Shown here one piece after another: positions 1 through 12,826 of a DNA stretch of 64,000 bases. Origin of the DNA: Piromyces finnis finn (taxonomy: Eukaryota; Fungi; Neocallimastigomycota). The notes below the pieces were generated by a model that saw only the letters and a program-made list of their open reading frames with translations, was not told the DNA's origin and did not search any database. The stretch covers positions 124,001-188,000 of the forward strand of contig MCFH01000025.1 of NCBI GenBank assembly GCA_002104945.1, in the 5' to 3' direction. Both the position numbers and the translations under genes were made by a program. The number at the start of each line of letters is the position of its first letter. Position 1 is the first letter of the stretch.

Positions 1-2157
1 AAAAATATATAATGTAAGAAAAATTTATAATGTTAGTTTTATTATTTTAAATATAATAAAATACGTTTGAAAATAGATTATTTTTGAAAATAAACAAAGG
101 ATTTATTGTATTATTTTTTTTTAATAAAGCCTTTTACCAATGGATAAATAATCCATTTGTTAAAAATTCTACAAAAATATTTTTTCACTTTACTTATCTA
201 AACTAACTTTGTGTTTTCAATACATTTACTTTATATCTACTTTTTTTATATTTATTTTTTTTATAAACTTTATAATGATTTTTTATTATTATTATTTTCA
301 CTATTATTAAAATAAATTTTTGTTTATTTGTTTACTTTTTTTATGATTTTTAAATATCATCTATTTTCTTATGTTATAACTTTAATATATATATTAAATT
401 GTTTCACTCATTTTTACCTTTTAATTAAAATAAGAATAGATATAATCTGATATATAAAAACGATGTAATCTAATAAAAAATTTCTTTTTTATTAAAAAAA
501 AAAAGTGATTTTATTTATATAAAAAAAAATAAAAAAATTTTATAAGTTCAAAATTTTTTTTTAAATGTTTCTAATTAAATATAATAAAAATTTAATATAA
601 AATATTTATAATTATTAATTTGATAATAATAAATAATAATAAATTTAAAATAAATTTTATATTCAGATTGATATTCTTTTTTAACTATCTTTTATAAAAT
701 AGCTACATTATTATTATCCTATTACGTAAACATAAATATTATTATTTAAATTAATAATATTATAATATATGGATTTTCAACATAATTATACTCTAATACA
801 TTGATTATATGATTATATTATAATATATATTATAATGTATTCTATATATTATTTAATATTAAACAATAAGAATCTTTTTTATTCCATATTTAGTAATTTA
901 ATTTAATTTACTTTTAATATACCAATTATAAATAATATATTATTAATATAATTAATATTAAAATATTTTATAGTTTTGTTCTTTCTTTTTTTGACCACCC
1001 ATCACCACACCAACAGTAGCTCAAAGTAACATCAGAAAAAAGACTAGATTATAGTTTGAATTAATATTACTAATCATTAAGAAATAAAAAATAATAAATG
1101 TTACCAGCTATTTAAACTTCTTAAAAGTCATAATTAAAGTTATTTTATCATTATAATTTTATTCATATTAAAAACAATAAGTTATACTAGAAGGGTGATA
1201 TTAAATGATTGAATAATTTATACCAGCAATAATAAAAAATGAACTGGAGTTAATGCTACCAATAAAAATAATAATAAATATATTTATATATAAATAAATA
1301 TTATAATAGAATATAAAATAATGAGTTTAAAATAATATATTTTCTTTCTTTTACTTTAAATATATAACAACTTATTTATTTATTTATTTATTGTGATATG
1401 CCTTTACGTTTAAAGTCGCCGCTTGTCATTTTAATTATTTTGTATTAAAATTTATTTAAATATATTACTAGTTAATTGCTATATATTTATTGTAATTTTT
1501 ATATATTAATGAATATATTTCTGTATATATATTTATAATATAAATAATATTTGTTTAAAAATTAATTTAAAAATTTACCCACTATATTGGCTTTTATTTT
1601 TTAAATAATTTTATATAAAGTAATATATAAAATAAAAAAAAAAATGTATTATACATTTTAATAGAATAAAATTCATATGAAAAAATAGGAATGGCTTATA
1701 ATATTTATGATAAATTTAGAAGATATCACATGACATTTACGTGATAAATGCTGTTTTATGTAGAAAAAAATAAATGTTAAATGTAAAATGACATGGTTTT
1801 TTTTTTTTAATTTTTTCATTAATTAGGTTATAATATTTCTTTTTTTTTTTTTTTCTAAATATTTGCATGTTTAATCTTATACAAACCAAATTATATTAAA
1901 ACAAAAAGTCTTCTTAATAATAAAAATCTACTAGTTTGTTTAAATTAATATGACTTTTTCAATAATTTAAATTATTCAATTATAACAAGATTATATGTAT
2001 CATACATTTACATTATGCATTGTACCCTACATAAATTTATTTACTTTAATTGTTATACACTAAATAAACCTTAGCCCTTTAAATTCTATGCCATTTGAAT
2101 TTGATATTATACCGCTTTTTGTTATAAATAAAAAATAGTTATACAGTAATTTTTATA

Positions 2158-2165
2158 AAATACAT

Positions 2166-2171
<6 letters not shown>
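2158..2171. repeat. Target-site duplication of element A, left copy (right copy at 13814-13827)
   Basis: AAATACATTTATA(T) directly abuts the poly(T) and recurs directly after the element 5' end. The last T is ambiguous with the tail. Confidence 0.9.
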
Positions 2172-2212
<41 letters not shown>

Positions 2213-2263
2213 CTAGGAAGAGAATACACATCTTTTATTTATTTACTTACTTAATTAGTGATA

Positions 2264-5200
2264 TTACATAATATTAGGTGATAATACATATTGATAATGA
2301 TATAATAAATAATAAATAAAAATATAAAAATAAAAAAATATAAAATAATTATTTAAGTTGCATAAAAGTTCAATGAACTCTGCAATTTGTACTGTGTGGG
2401 ATTGGTCCCTACCTAATAAATTAAATGAAATAAAAAAAAGAAGTAACATCAGGTATGATAGTGTGGTGTCCACTAAACTCTCCCATGAGTTCATAATGTT
2501 TTCATTCGAATTTGAGGAAATACTAACATTGAACCCTGTGTACGGAACATTGGAAATGTTCCTTTGCCATATCGGTACGACGTCGGCGCTCTTGATTACG
2601 TTAGGTGTCTTACTAAACCTATCAAAAAGTAGCTTCATAGAGCTACTAATGATAGGGATTGTTTTAGTAAGAAAAGCCGCGAGACCCTCTACATATGGAA
2701 CATGAGACCCCGATGAACTGTAAAGCTGTTCATTCAAATGTCTTTGTTCCGCCTTATCGATTTGTAGCTCATCATAAGCTAAAGTTCCACCAAGAAGGAA
2801 CGTAAAAATATAGTTATAAATTATTTTTCTTACTTCCGTTTCGGGGAGTAAGTATGTGATGAATTGATTCTTATATTTATTGTAAAAAAGGGTAAAAAGA
2901 TCGTCAAGAAAGCTAAGTGAAGAAGCTCTGTATTCAGAGAATGCAGAACATTCTAATATCCAATGGTAAAAAGATTGTTCGTCATATCCGCAACATGGAC
3001 AGACACGAGGGCAGTCAGGAGTAACTCTATTACTGGCAATAGCAATTCGGGTAGTATTTTCATAACCGCATCGAATACGAATAATCCAGGTAATTCCTAA
3101 ATTTAAGTGAGGTTTGTTGAGACCGATATGCATTAGGCGATTTGAATTAAGGAATTTGTTGTTAGTATATCTGAGGGCTTTACTTCCATTATTTAGGCTA
3201 CTATTATTCCAATAATATTCTCTAATATCTTTAGTACTTTTAATATTTATTTTCATAAGCTTCTTATGTAGTGAACAAGATTCTTTGGCCCAAGAGTAAT
3301 GAGACATGGGAGGAATAGATCGGACGAGATCTTTAATTATACAATTTGATTTTCTCCATTTAACAAAGCATTTCACTTGTTGCGCAGCACAAATACCTGA
3401 AAGGGTAGGAATCTTCATATCTCTTGTAAGAGCATACAGACTAATAAATGAATTTCGTTCAAAAACAAAATCTTTGTTATTAAAACTTTTATTGTGAAAG
3501 CTATTGACACTCCATAAAACAGCAGTATTGATAAGAGATTGGACTCTTCTAGTTCTATTTTTGTTGGAACCAAGCAAAGGAGCATAATAAGAGACTTTGC
3601 TTAAAATATAAGAATGAATTACTATGTTTTTTAAGCCAATAGGAACACAATTGTTGGTGAGGAAGTTCTTAAAAGAGAATAAAGAATTCTGAACTTTTTT
3701 GTACATATTAGACAGAATAGGAGTCAAAGAAAGATCTTCGTCGAATGGGATTCCAAGATAAGTATAGCAAGAAACCTTTGGAATCGAGTACATACCGATG
3801 TAAAATGTTGGGTCGACATAACTAGAGGATCTATTAAAGTTGATAGGTTTAACAACAATAGTTGCACATTTATTTATTCCAAAAGACATTTCATTTAAAT
3901 TAGCCCAATCAAGGACTAGATTGAGCATCTTTTGAAGGTTCTTCTTACTAGGAGCAATCAAAACAATGTCATCAGCGAAAAGGCCACCACAACAACGTTT
4001 ATTACCTAAGCTAACTCCAAGCCTTTCACATTTATTTAAAATATCATTGATAAAGAGGTTAAACAGTATAGGAGAAAGAGGACATCCTTGTCTTACACCA
4101 CGGTTTATAGGGAATCCATTGGAAAGCATATCCAAGAAACGTGCACGAGCTTTAGAGGTAGAGTAGAGATTATTGAGAAAATCAAAACATTTACCACGTA
4201 TACCTAATTTATATAACTTTGTAAGGATATTAAAAATAGGAACTGAGTCGTATGCTTTTTTAAGGTCTAGAAAGGCGACATAAGTGGCTTTTCCTTTAAA
4301 TTTCCTTCTTTGATAGATTTCTCTAATGGAAATAAATAAGCTAATACATTCTTCTTTATTGCGAAAACCAAATTGCTCAGGTCTTATAAAATTATGTGAA
4401 AGAGCATACTTTGAAATTCTATTAGTTACAATTTTTGAAATAATTTTAAGACCTACATTGATGAGAGAAATACCACGATAATTATTACAGTCTGAGAGAT
4501 CGCCTTTCTTTGGAATAGAAACAATGGAAGTAGAGTTTCATTTCAAAGGAAAGGAACCATTCCAGATTTTATTAAAAATTAATTTAAGACAATTTCCAGC
4601 AGACTTATGTTCTTTCTCCAGTTCTTCGTTACAAAAGAAAGCTTTGAAAAATTCAATTGGGATACCATCGGGACCTGGAGCCTTGTTATTCTTCATTGAC
4701 AGAACAACATTTCTAATTTCCTCAATAGAAATGGGACCATTTATATCCCATGCTATTTGGTTGATATGGTTGAATTGGAAGGCTCTTTCCCAGTAACCAC
4801 GATTTAAGCTGTGATTTGTAACATCAGATGCAAGATTTTCATAATGTTCAGCCCAACGTTTTAATTGTTCTTGAGGAGTAAATAAATCCTTGCCATTCTT
4901 GTCCTTAATAGTTGAAACATGGGAGGACGAATAACTTGGTTTGGCAAGTTTTTTAAGGCCTTTCCAACCTTGTCTAAAGCTTTTATCAATAAAATGTTTA
5001 CCGATAGAAACAATATTAGCTTTATAGAGATTGGATCTGAATTTGCTCTTAACCTTTTTGATGGTATTACATAGATTTTGGTATATGGAGAACTGGTTAA
5101 GATAATTTTCCATGTCAGCGCAATCTGAAAGGGGCTTAATATTTTTGTAAGCCAGGTGTTTTTCATGTGATAAGTTTTTGATGTATTGAGGGCAATGGAA

Positions 5201-6538
5201 TGCTGGACCTTTTAAATCTGCGGGCACAATGGCTTTTATTTCTTTACCTATAGTTTTGGAAGTATCTAAAAATCTTGAAACCATATCGTCAGCCGAAAGG
5301 CTATCACAATTAGCTTCAAGCTCGGAAGCTAGAACAGCAAAGCGATTACTAGTAAGAATGTCAGAACACTTTGTGTTACAGATATGACTTGACCACTTAA
5401 AGGTCTTCTTAGGCTTTTTGAGACCATCCGAAGAGTCTTTTTTACAAGACACAAGGATCGGTTTGTGATCAGAAACATCGTGGAAAACTTCACAAACTGA
5501 AGATTTGTTTATGTGTTCTGTCATAGCTTTGTTGTATATAATATGATCAATGCATGAAGATTTAGATCCTTTTTCCCAGGTAAAATTATTACCAGTTAAC
5601 TCAGCCATAGTCCAATCCGGGAAGTGTTGTGATATATAAGATTTGATTTTAATAGCTGACATATTAAAGTCTCCTACAAGGATAGCTGGGTGGTTGAATT
5701 TGTTATGCGTTGTTAACCACTTATCAAGTTCATCAAAGGCAATTAATCTAGCATCCGGCCATCTAGTTTGCGGGAAGTAAATATTACCAATGGTACATCT
5801 CTGGTTCCAAAATGACAATATTGTAACTGAAATGATGTACTTATATAGAAGAGGTTCAGGAGTAAAGGAACAAGAATTATGAACACCAATGTAAAGTCCT
5901 CTCATACCTGGAACTTTAGGATTAGCACGTCTGTGTACTGGTTTATAGTTCGGTAGGCATGGGGAGGAAATCGCATTACCACAGAGGAATTGGCTGTTAC
6001 CTACTTCTTGAAGACAGACACATACAGGTTTGAAAACAGAGATGAAGTATAAAACACCGTCCTTTTTCTCCGGGTTCCAACCATTGATGTTCCAACAAGT
6101 ACATAAGTTGAAAAAGGAAGCATTAGAGCTTAGATGACTAAAATAGAAATCGTCAGAGAGTGGACCAGTAGTAGATTTGATAGATCGTTTGTTTTTGTAT
6201 GATCTATTGTTTTTGAGCTTATCAATGAATTTCCAAGATATTTTACTAGAGATTGGGAGTTTTTCAGAAAGTGAGTGTATAAGTAACATGGCTTTAAGCG
6301 GACATTTTCCATTGACTTTAAGAATGAAATAGATACTGAGTGATTGTGAATATTTTTTGGTGAGGGATTGAAGAATATCATTGAAAGGTTGAATGTCCTT
6401 TAAAAGAAATTCCATTAGTCGTTGTTTTGACCATGAACTAAGATCATGGATAAAAATTAGATATGATTTATTGGAGTTAGATCCGAAGAAACGAAGACTA
6501 CGTCGTAAGGTAGGTACAGTACAATTGGTATTGTTCAT
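2264..6538 (-). pseudogene. Element A single polyprotein ORF (RRM-like, APE endonuclease, reverse transcriptase, CCHC finger); 1425 codons with one in-frame TGA at 4538-4540
   Basis: Track ORFs 4538..6538 and 2264..4135 are in the same frame. I translated 4537-4136 by hand with no stop (NSTSIVSIPKKGDLSDCNNYRGISL...AFLDLKKAYDSVP). Motifs: APE WNING, CLQE, GDFN, SCIDH, SDHKP; RT GVRQGCPLSP and FADD; CPCC...HWILEC. Confidence 0.92.
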
Positions 6539-7767
6539 TTTGAAAGAACTTATTATGACAATAGATATTAATAGTTTGAAGTATTGATATAATGATATAA
6601 ATAAGATAATGAAATAAAATATATAGTAAAATAAAAATAATAATAGTAAAGACGGATATAATATATAGCAAGTGGATTATTTGTCAAACAATATTTTAAA
6701 TTTATAACTGGAAAAGTGGCTAAGTTGTTGACAAACTTAGTTCTAACTCTACTGAAGACTTTAAACGGAAAGATAAATTTTGAATATCTATCACTTTGGA
6801 TTTCTGTATTATAACTGTATTTTGAAAGCTCTTTATATTAATAAGAATTGTATAATTTATTGGATGATAATTGAATTGTGTTGATTCTGATTGTTGAAAT
6901 TGAACATTCATATAGGTTGTTTATGTTGTAAGGTAGAGAGATAATAAGAGTGAAAAGTTGTTATATCAAAAATAATGGAAAAAAGTTGAAGAATTTTGGG
7001 TAAACATAATAAAATTTTTTTTTTTTTTTAAAGATAAAATTGAAACAAGAGTAGTATTTACAATATAAAAATAGAATACTCGATTTTCCAGGATAGAAGC
7101 TTTGATAATAGAAATGTTAAAGAAAAAAAGGTGTTAATACTTACCATAATAGTCCATAATAAACCTACTTAAGTTATACAGATATATAAATATACATATA
7201 ATATAAAGTATAAGAAATATATATATATAGAAAAGAGATAGAAAAAGTATACAAAAGAATGTTAGTAGAAAAGAGATTCCTTGGAAAATCTAGAGTTACA
7301 AAAAAATAAGAAATAAAAAAAGATATTACTAGAATCATATAAAATCATAAAGGAAAAATAAAAAAGCCGCGCCCCTCGAAAATAATAAAAATAGAAAAAA
7401 TAAAAGATTAAATATGATTATAGTAATGAAAGCTGCACCCCACACGAAACTCAAGAATAAATGAAAGGAATAACCAACTAACTGAAAAAACAAAACTATC
7501 TGACTAATCAACATATAAAGAATAAAAAAGGAATAAAAGAACAAAGAGAATAAGTAGTAAACTGGGATAACAAATTATCGATGAAAGCTAAAATAAAAAT
7601 GAAATCAAGAAATATTCAAAATCAGTATTTAATACTACCGAATCAAACAATTTTAAGTTTAAAATAATATGTTATAAAAGTTGTTAAAGCAACTACTATC
7701 TAGAAAATAAGTTGAAGGTGTAAGGGATATATGATATAACAACTAACACTCAAATTATCAACTCTGT

Positions 7768-8008
7768 TCGCTCAGTACCATGAGCTTAGTCCTAATAATA
7801 TTTCCAAATAAAGACTAACCAAGTATCCATTGCGCAATACTTGGATTTAATTCTTCCTACTCTCTCAGTACCATGAGCATGAGTAGACCCCCTTGAGAAA
7901 CTACATTTATTAAATAAATGAAGGCACGTACCCAAGAGGGCACCAAGCATCCATTGCGCAATACTTGGATTTAATTCTTTCTACTCTCTCAGTACCATGA
8001 GCATGAGT

Positions 8009-8011
<3 letters not shown>
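7768..8011 (-). repeat. Element A 5' structured module (units A-B-C-B in plus-strand order; the last C unit is displaced to 13761-13813)
   Basis: Two B units (CCAAGYATCCATTGCGCAATACTTGG...CTCAGTACCATGAGCATGAGTAG) at 7819 and 7943, a 124-nt period. Near-identical to 13422-13715. Confidence 0.88.
8000..8011. repeat. Target-site duplication of element B, left copy (right copy at 13749-13760)
   Basis: AGCATGAGTAGA abuts B's poly(T) at 8012 and recurs at 13749-13760, after which element A's interrupted C unit resumes. Confidence 0.9.
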
Positions 8012-8053
<42 letters not shown>

Positions 8054-8287
8054 GGCATCAAATATTTTAAACTTTATTATTAATTTAATTAAAATTATAA
8101 TACATGTAATAAAAAATTAAAAATAAATAAAAATAAAAAAAATATGTTTAAATAAACACAAATGAATAAAAATTGGGTATAATGTATTCTAGTAATTTTA
8201 ATTAAAGTAAGAAAGCCACTATCATACTAAAGTATAATAATTGTATTTGACTTCCAATGGGACACCGAGCCAAAGATCAAAATTTTG

Positions 8288-11200
8288 TCATGGAACAAAA
8301 TTATGATCTCCATTGGTTGCGCTGGCCCTCCTGGCCTGTCTTACTGTTTCTTCAGCATTGACGCTCTTGGATGTTGCTTCAAACCTTTTGAACATTGACC
8401 ATTGCTGGCCAATAGCAAAAGGCATGATTTTGGTTAGAAGTTCCGCGGTTACCGTCAAGAATGGTGCTCCTTCATTAGTACCAGATTGAATCTGACGCTT
8501 ACAAAGTTCTTTCCATTCCCTTGAATTGTAATTAATATTGTTAAAACTTCTTCCCCCAAGAAGGAATTTAAATATTTTACTGCACACACTAGAATAATCA
8601 TACACATTAATATTCACCGGATTATTAGAACTATTACTATCATTAACTAAATTACTATCTAAATTAGAATTATTATCTTCACTATTGCTATCATTATTAA
8701 TATTATTATTTCTATTACTACTATTGTTATTATTACTATTTCTATTATTACTATTACTACTATTGTTATTATTACTATTGTTATTATTATTATTGTTACT
8801 ATTACTATTACTGTTATTGCTATCTCTACTGACATTATCAATTTCATTATTATTGATAGGACTATTGGAATTACGTTGACTGAAAAAATTTAATAGCTGG
8901 ACTATGGAATCATAATGTTTAATACGGATATCTCTAAATGTTGGACAATCTAATAACCAATGTTTAATACTTTGAACACCACACTTGCAACATGGACAGT
9001 AGTTAGGACAAACTGGATCAACAAATTTAGCAGCTTTGGCAACTCTAGCATCCAACTTGGATCCGCTTCTTGCTTTCAATAGCCAGTAGAAGCCATAGGC
9101 AAACTCTGGGTATTCATAACATAATTTGATAAAATCTTTAGTTTCACTAAATTTATTATCATCATAATATTGCGCTTTGATTGAATTCCCTTTGAGATCT
9201 TTCCAATAAAAGTTTTTAACTGCTTTAACATCTCCATGTTTCTTTAATTTTTTATCAAGTGTCCTACTTGATTTGCACCACGTGTATTTTCTAAATTTAG
9301 GAATGTAATTGACAAGGTGTGAGATAATAAAATTTGAGTTTTTCCATTTGTTAAAACATCTAACCTGAGCTAACGCACATTTGGCTGACAATGGAGGAAT
9401 ATTCAAATCTTTTGAAATAGAGTATAAAGATATAAACGATACAGCTTTATGAACTCCGGCAACCCATCGTATTCCTTTGTTAACATGCTTCTGAGCAATC
9501 CTAGACCTAGCTTTGTTGGATCCAAGTAATGGTGCAAAGTATGAAACTCTGCTAATCACTTGTGAGTTAAGTACTAGTTTTTTGAAAGGAATAGGAATAT
9601 TAGGATTTCTTAAGAATTTACTGACTGAGAAAAGCCCTTTCAAAACCTTGTTATTAAGAGCTTTAATTACTGGTTTAAGGGACAGATTCTTATCAAATGG
9701 AACACCAAGATAAGTATAGCAATCAGTAGTTGGAATGGGTTGTCCTGCTAAGTAAAATGTTGGATCTCTCTTGTTCTGATTTTCTATTGATTCAGGACGA
9801 ATCACCATCGTTGAACATTTCTGGATACCAAATTCCATTTCATTATACAATGCCCATTCATTAACTCTTCTAAGCATCTTTTTTAAGCATCCTCTTGTTG
9901 GAGCACAAATAACTATATCATCTGCAAAAAGTCCACCACAGCATCGAGTGTCACCTAAACTGACTCCTAGATCTTCGCACTCTCTAAATATATCATTAAT
10001 AAAGAGATTAAAGAGAATAGGAGAAAGAGGGCAACCTTGACGGACTCCTTTCTTCACATCAAAAGATTTCGAGAATTGTCCATCTAATTTGACATTAGCC
10101 TTAGATGTTAAATATAAATTTTTGATAAATTGTAGACTCTTACCTCGGATTCCTAAACAATCTAATTTATGGAGAATATTACCGATTGGGACTGAATCGT
10201 ATGCTTTCCTGAGATCTAAAAAGGCCAAATATGTCTCTTTATTATCTAATTGACGTCTACGGCATATTTCTTGGATTGAAATGAAAAGACTGATACTTTC
10301 TTCCTTTTTTCGAAAACCAAATTGTTCAGGTCTAATGAAATTATTCTTTAAACCATATTCTGAGATTCTAGTGGTGACAATTTTGGAAATCAACTTAATA
10401 CCATTATTGATAAGTGATATACCTCGATAGTTATCACAATCTGTCAAATCACCCTTCTTAGGAATAGAAACAATACTGGATTCATTCCATGAGTTGGGGA
10501 AATCTCCATCCCAAATACGGTTGAATAATTTAAGAATAAAATTTAAACCATGAGCATCATTATCTGAAGTAGTATTACCAGAAGAATTATTATCTGTAGC
10601 ATTATTAGAATCATTACTTGATGGAACTAATGCTTTGTAAAATTCAATTGGAATACCATCCGGACCTGATGCTTTATAATTTGGAGTAGTGAGGATAGCT
10701 GACTTGACTTCATCAATACTAATATCTTGGTTGATATCCCACTCATCAAGCATAGGAAGTGAAAAACGTTTATTCGTTGGTTCTTCATACCAATGCTCCA
10801 AATCAAGACTTACACCACTTGGGTCTGATGCAAGATTTTCGAAATGATCATGCCACACATCTAGTTGTTCTTCCGTAGCAACAACTAATTCTCCATTTTT
10901 ATTTTTAATTGGTTGAGCAATAAAGAAAGAATCTTTTCCAATTTTTGCAGTTTTCTTGATCCATTTCCAGGCCTTCTTAGGATTATGACTCTTCATATAC
11001 TCACATCCTGTTTTAATCCAATGAAGATATTCTTGCTTCCTAAATTCATTACATCTTTTGTGGATGTAATCAATGAGCTTACGGTAGATTTTAATTCTTT
11101 TAATAAATTCATCTATATCATAAATTCTTTCTTTTTTAAATCTCTTATACAACTTCATTTTGATTTTTTGAAGATTAAAAATTTGTTGTGAAATATGAAA

Positions 11201-12826
11201 TGAAGACTTTATAACATTATTTGCTGAAGTAATACTGAGCTCGTCTGCAATTGAAAAAGCAGTTGAAGTAAACTCTTTGGAAAGTTCATCTGTAGAAACA
11301 TTAGGATCGTTGAGTTTTGCTGAAAGTATTTGGAATTTATTATGACTGAGAATAGATTCCTTTTCCTCAATACATTTTAATCTATTCCATTTCATAATTT
11401 TCTTAGGAACATTAAAGTCATTAGAAAAATCTTCCATAGGAATAATTTTACCATTAATAAGAAGTGGCTTATGGTCTGATACAGGATAAAAATTATTTAT
11501 AAATGATCCTGAGTGAATAAGATCTTTCATCTTCAAATTGATAAGAGCATGGTCAATGTCGGAAGATTGTTCACCTCGAGTCCAAGAGATAGTAGACCCT
11601 CTAAGCGGAAGAATTTCCCAATCTCCTAATCCATTAGTTGATAACCAGTTGGATAATTTTACTTTAGACATATTAAAATCACCAACAAGAATCGATGGAT
11701 GGGATGAATGAGTTTGTAACCACAAGCGAACTTCTAACTTTGCATGATCAACATAGATGTTGTGATGACTATGAGGCATATAAACATTACCAATTGAGCA
11801 TTAGAATCTATTCCAGAGACTAAAAGTATAAATAGAAATAATATACTTTCCAGAGAAGTTTTCAAGTGAGGCTTGACATGAATTGTGAAAACCTAAATAT
11901 AAACCTCTCATTCCCGGAACTGATTCGTCAGCTTTCTTGAAAAAGTGTCTATAGTTTCGCAAAGTAACACGACAAGGATAATCTGTATTCGATCCAGAAC
12001 CATTACCAGTTTCTTGGAAACATAAAAATAATGGTTTGAAAATAGCTGTGAAATAGCTAATACTATCTCTCTTTTCGTGATTCCACCCATTGGTGTTCCA
12101 ACTAAGACAAAAAGAAAAGTTATCAGGCTTGTTGGATGAGGAAGAATCGTTGCTATTATTATTATTATTAAAGTCATCGTTATTAATGGATGATGCATCA
12201 GAGGAATAAGTAGAACTATTACTAGATGGCTGTGAAACTGAAGAACTATCAACTATTGAACTGTTATCAGAGTTGATAGAGCTATTAGAATTAATTGTTG
12301 AATGTTGAGATTGAAATTGTGTTTGCTGTAGATCTGGAATATTTTCATGATTGGAAACTTGTTGAAGATCTTGTTGAAGATCTAGTTGAAGATCGGATTG
12401 TTGATGAGATTGTTGAACTGATTGTTGAAATGATTGTTGAATAGAATGTTGATGTTTATTAGAAACTAAAATTTTACGTTTGAGAGTGGAAAAAGTGTAT
12501 TTGTGATTCCTTCTACTACGAGCTGAAAAGGAAATTGAGGTAACTGAAAGTTTCTTCTTTAACATGTGTAAGATTTTAATACAATCTTTCGATGAACCAT
12601 GAACCTTGACTAAGAAAAAGTGATCATTGAAAGTCTGAAAATATTTAACACTAATAACTGAATTAAATTTATCTTCTAGAATAACCTCGAGTTTTTCCCA
12701 TAGCATATTTACTGACCATGATCGAATACCACGGATAAAGAAGGAGCGAATATCATCTAAGGGGATACCATAAGACCGGGTACCACGTCTGATATAATTC
12801 TTGTCTTTAATATAAAGGACTGACAT
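8288..12826 (-). pseudogene. Element B single polyprotein ORF (RRM-like, Q/S/N linker, APE, RT, CCHC, Asn-rich insert); 1513 codons with one in-frame TAA at 11801-11803
   Basis: Track ORFs 11801..12826 and 8288..11779 are in frame and joined by W-N-R-F-stop-C-S-I-G-N-V-Y-M (A has WNQRCTIGNIYF). Motifs WNTNG, CFQE, GDFN, SDIDH, SDHKP, GVRQGCPLSP, FADD, CPCCKC...HWLLDC. Confidence 0.92.

Noticed and set aside
2264-2560. Hydrophobic C-terminal extension of element A's ORF as a membrane domain
   Set aside because: It lies beyond the region alignable with B and reads through AT-rich 3' UTR-like sequence; the F/Y/I/L bias follows from base composition.
4538-4540. UGA read as Trp (alternative genetic code)
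   Set aside because: TGA is the normal terminator for the C2 gene (42883-42885) and element B's ORF (8288-8290), and Trp is encoded by TGG elsewhere.
4538-4540. Repeat-induced point mutation (RIP) as the cause of the stop
   Set aside because: TGG to TGA is a CpC-context change on the other strand, not CpA. The long ORFs show no accumulation of stops.
6587-7544. Short ORFs 6393..6587, 6720..6911 and 7335..7544 as a LINE ORF1
   Set aside because: They are short, compositionally biased, lack motifs, and have no counterpart in element B.
7768-8011. Assignment of the 5' module to a known ribozyme, tRNA/SINE head or CRISPR array
   Set aside because: No CUGAnGA-stem-GAAA hammerhead core, no HDV P1/P3/L3 arrangement, no twister or pistol consensus, no Pol III A/B boxes, and no constant-repeat/unique-spacer pattern could be fitted by eye.
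2358-11191. Antisense and alternate-frame ORFs over the LINEs (e.g. 2358..2705, 4524..4796, 8685..8879, 10913..11191)
   Set aside because: Shadow ORFs of the main coding strand or of AAT repeats, with no recognisable motifs.
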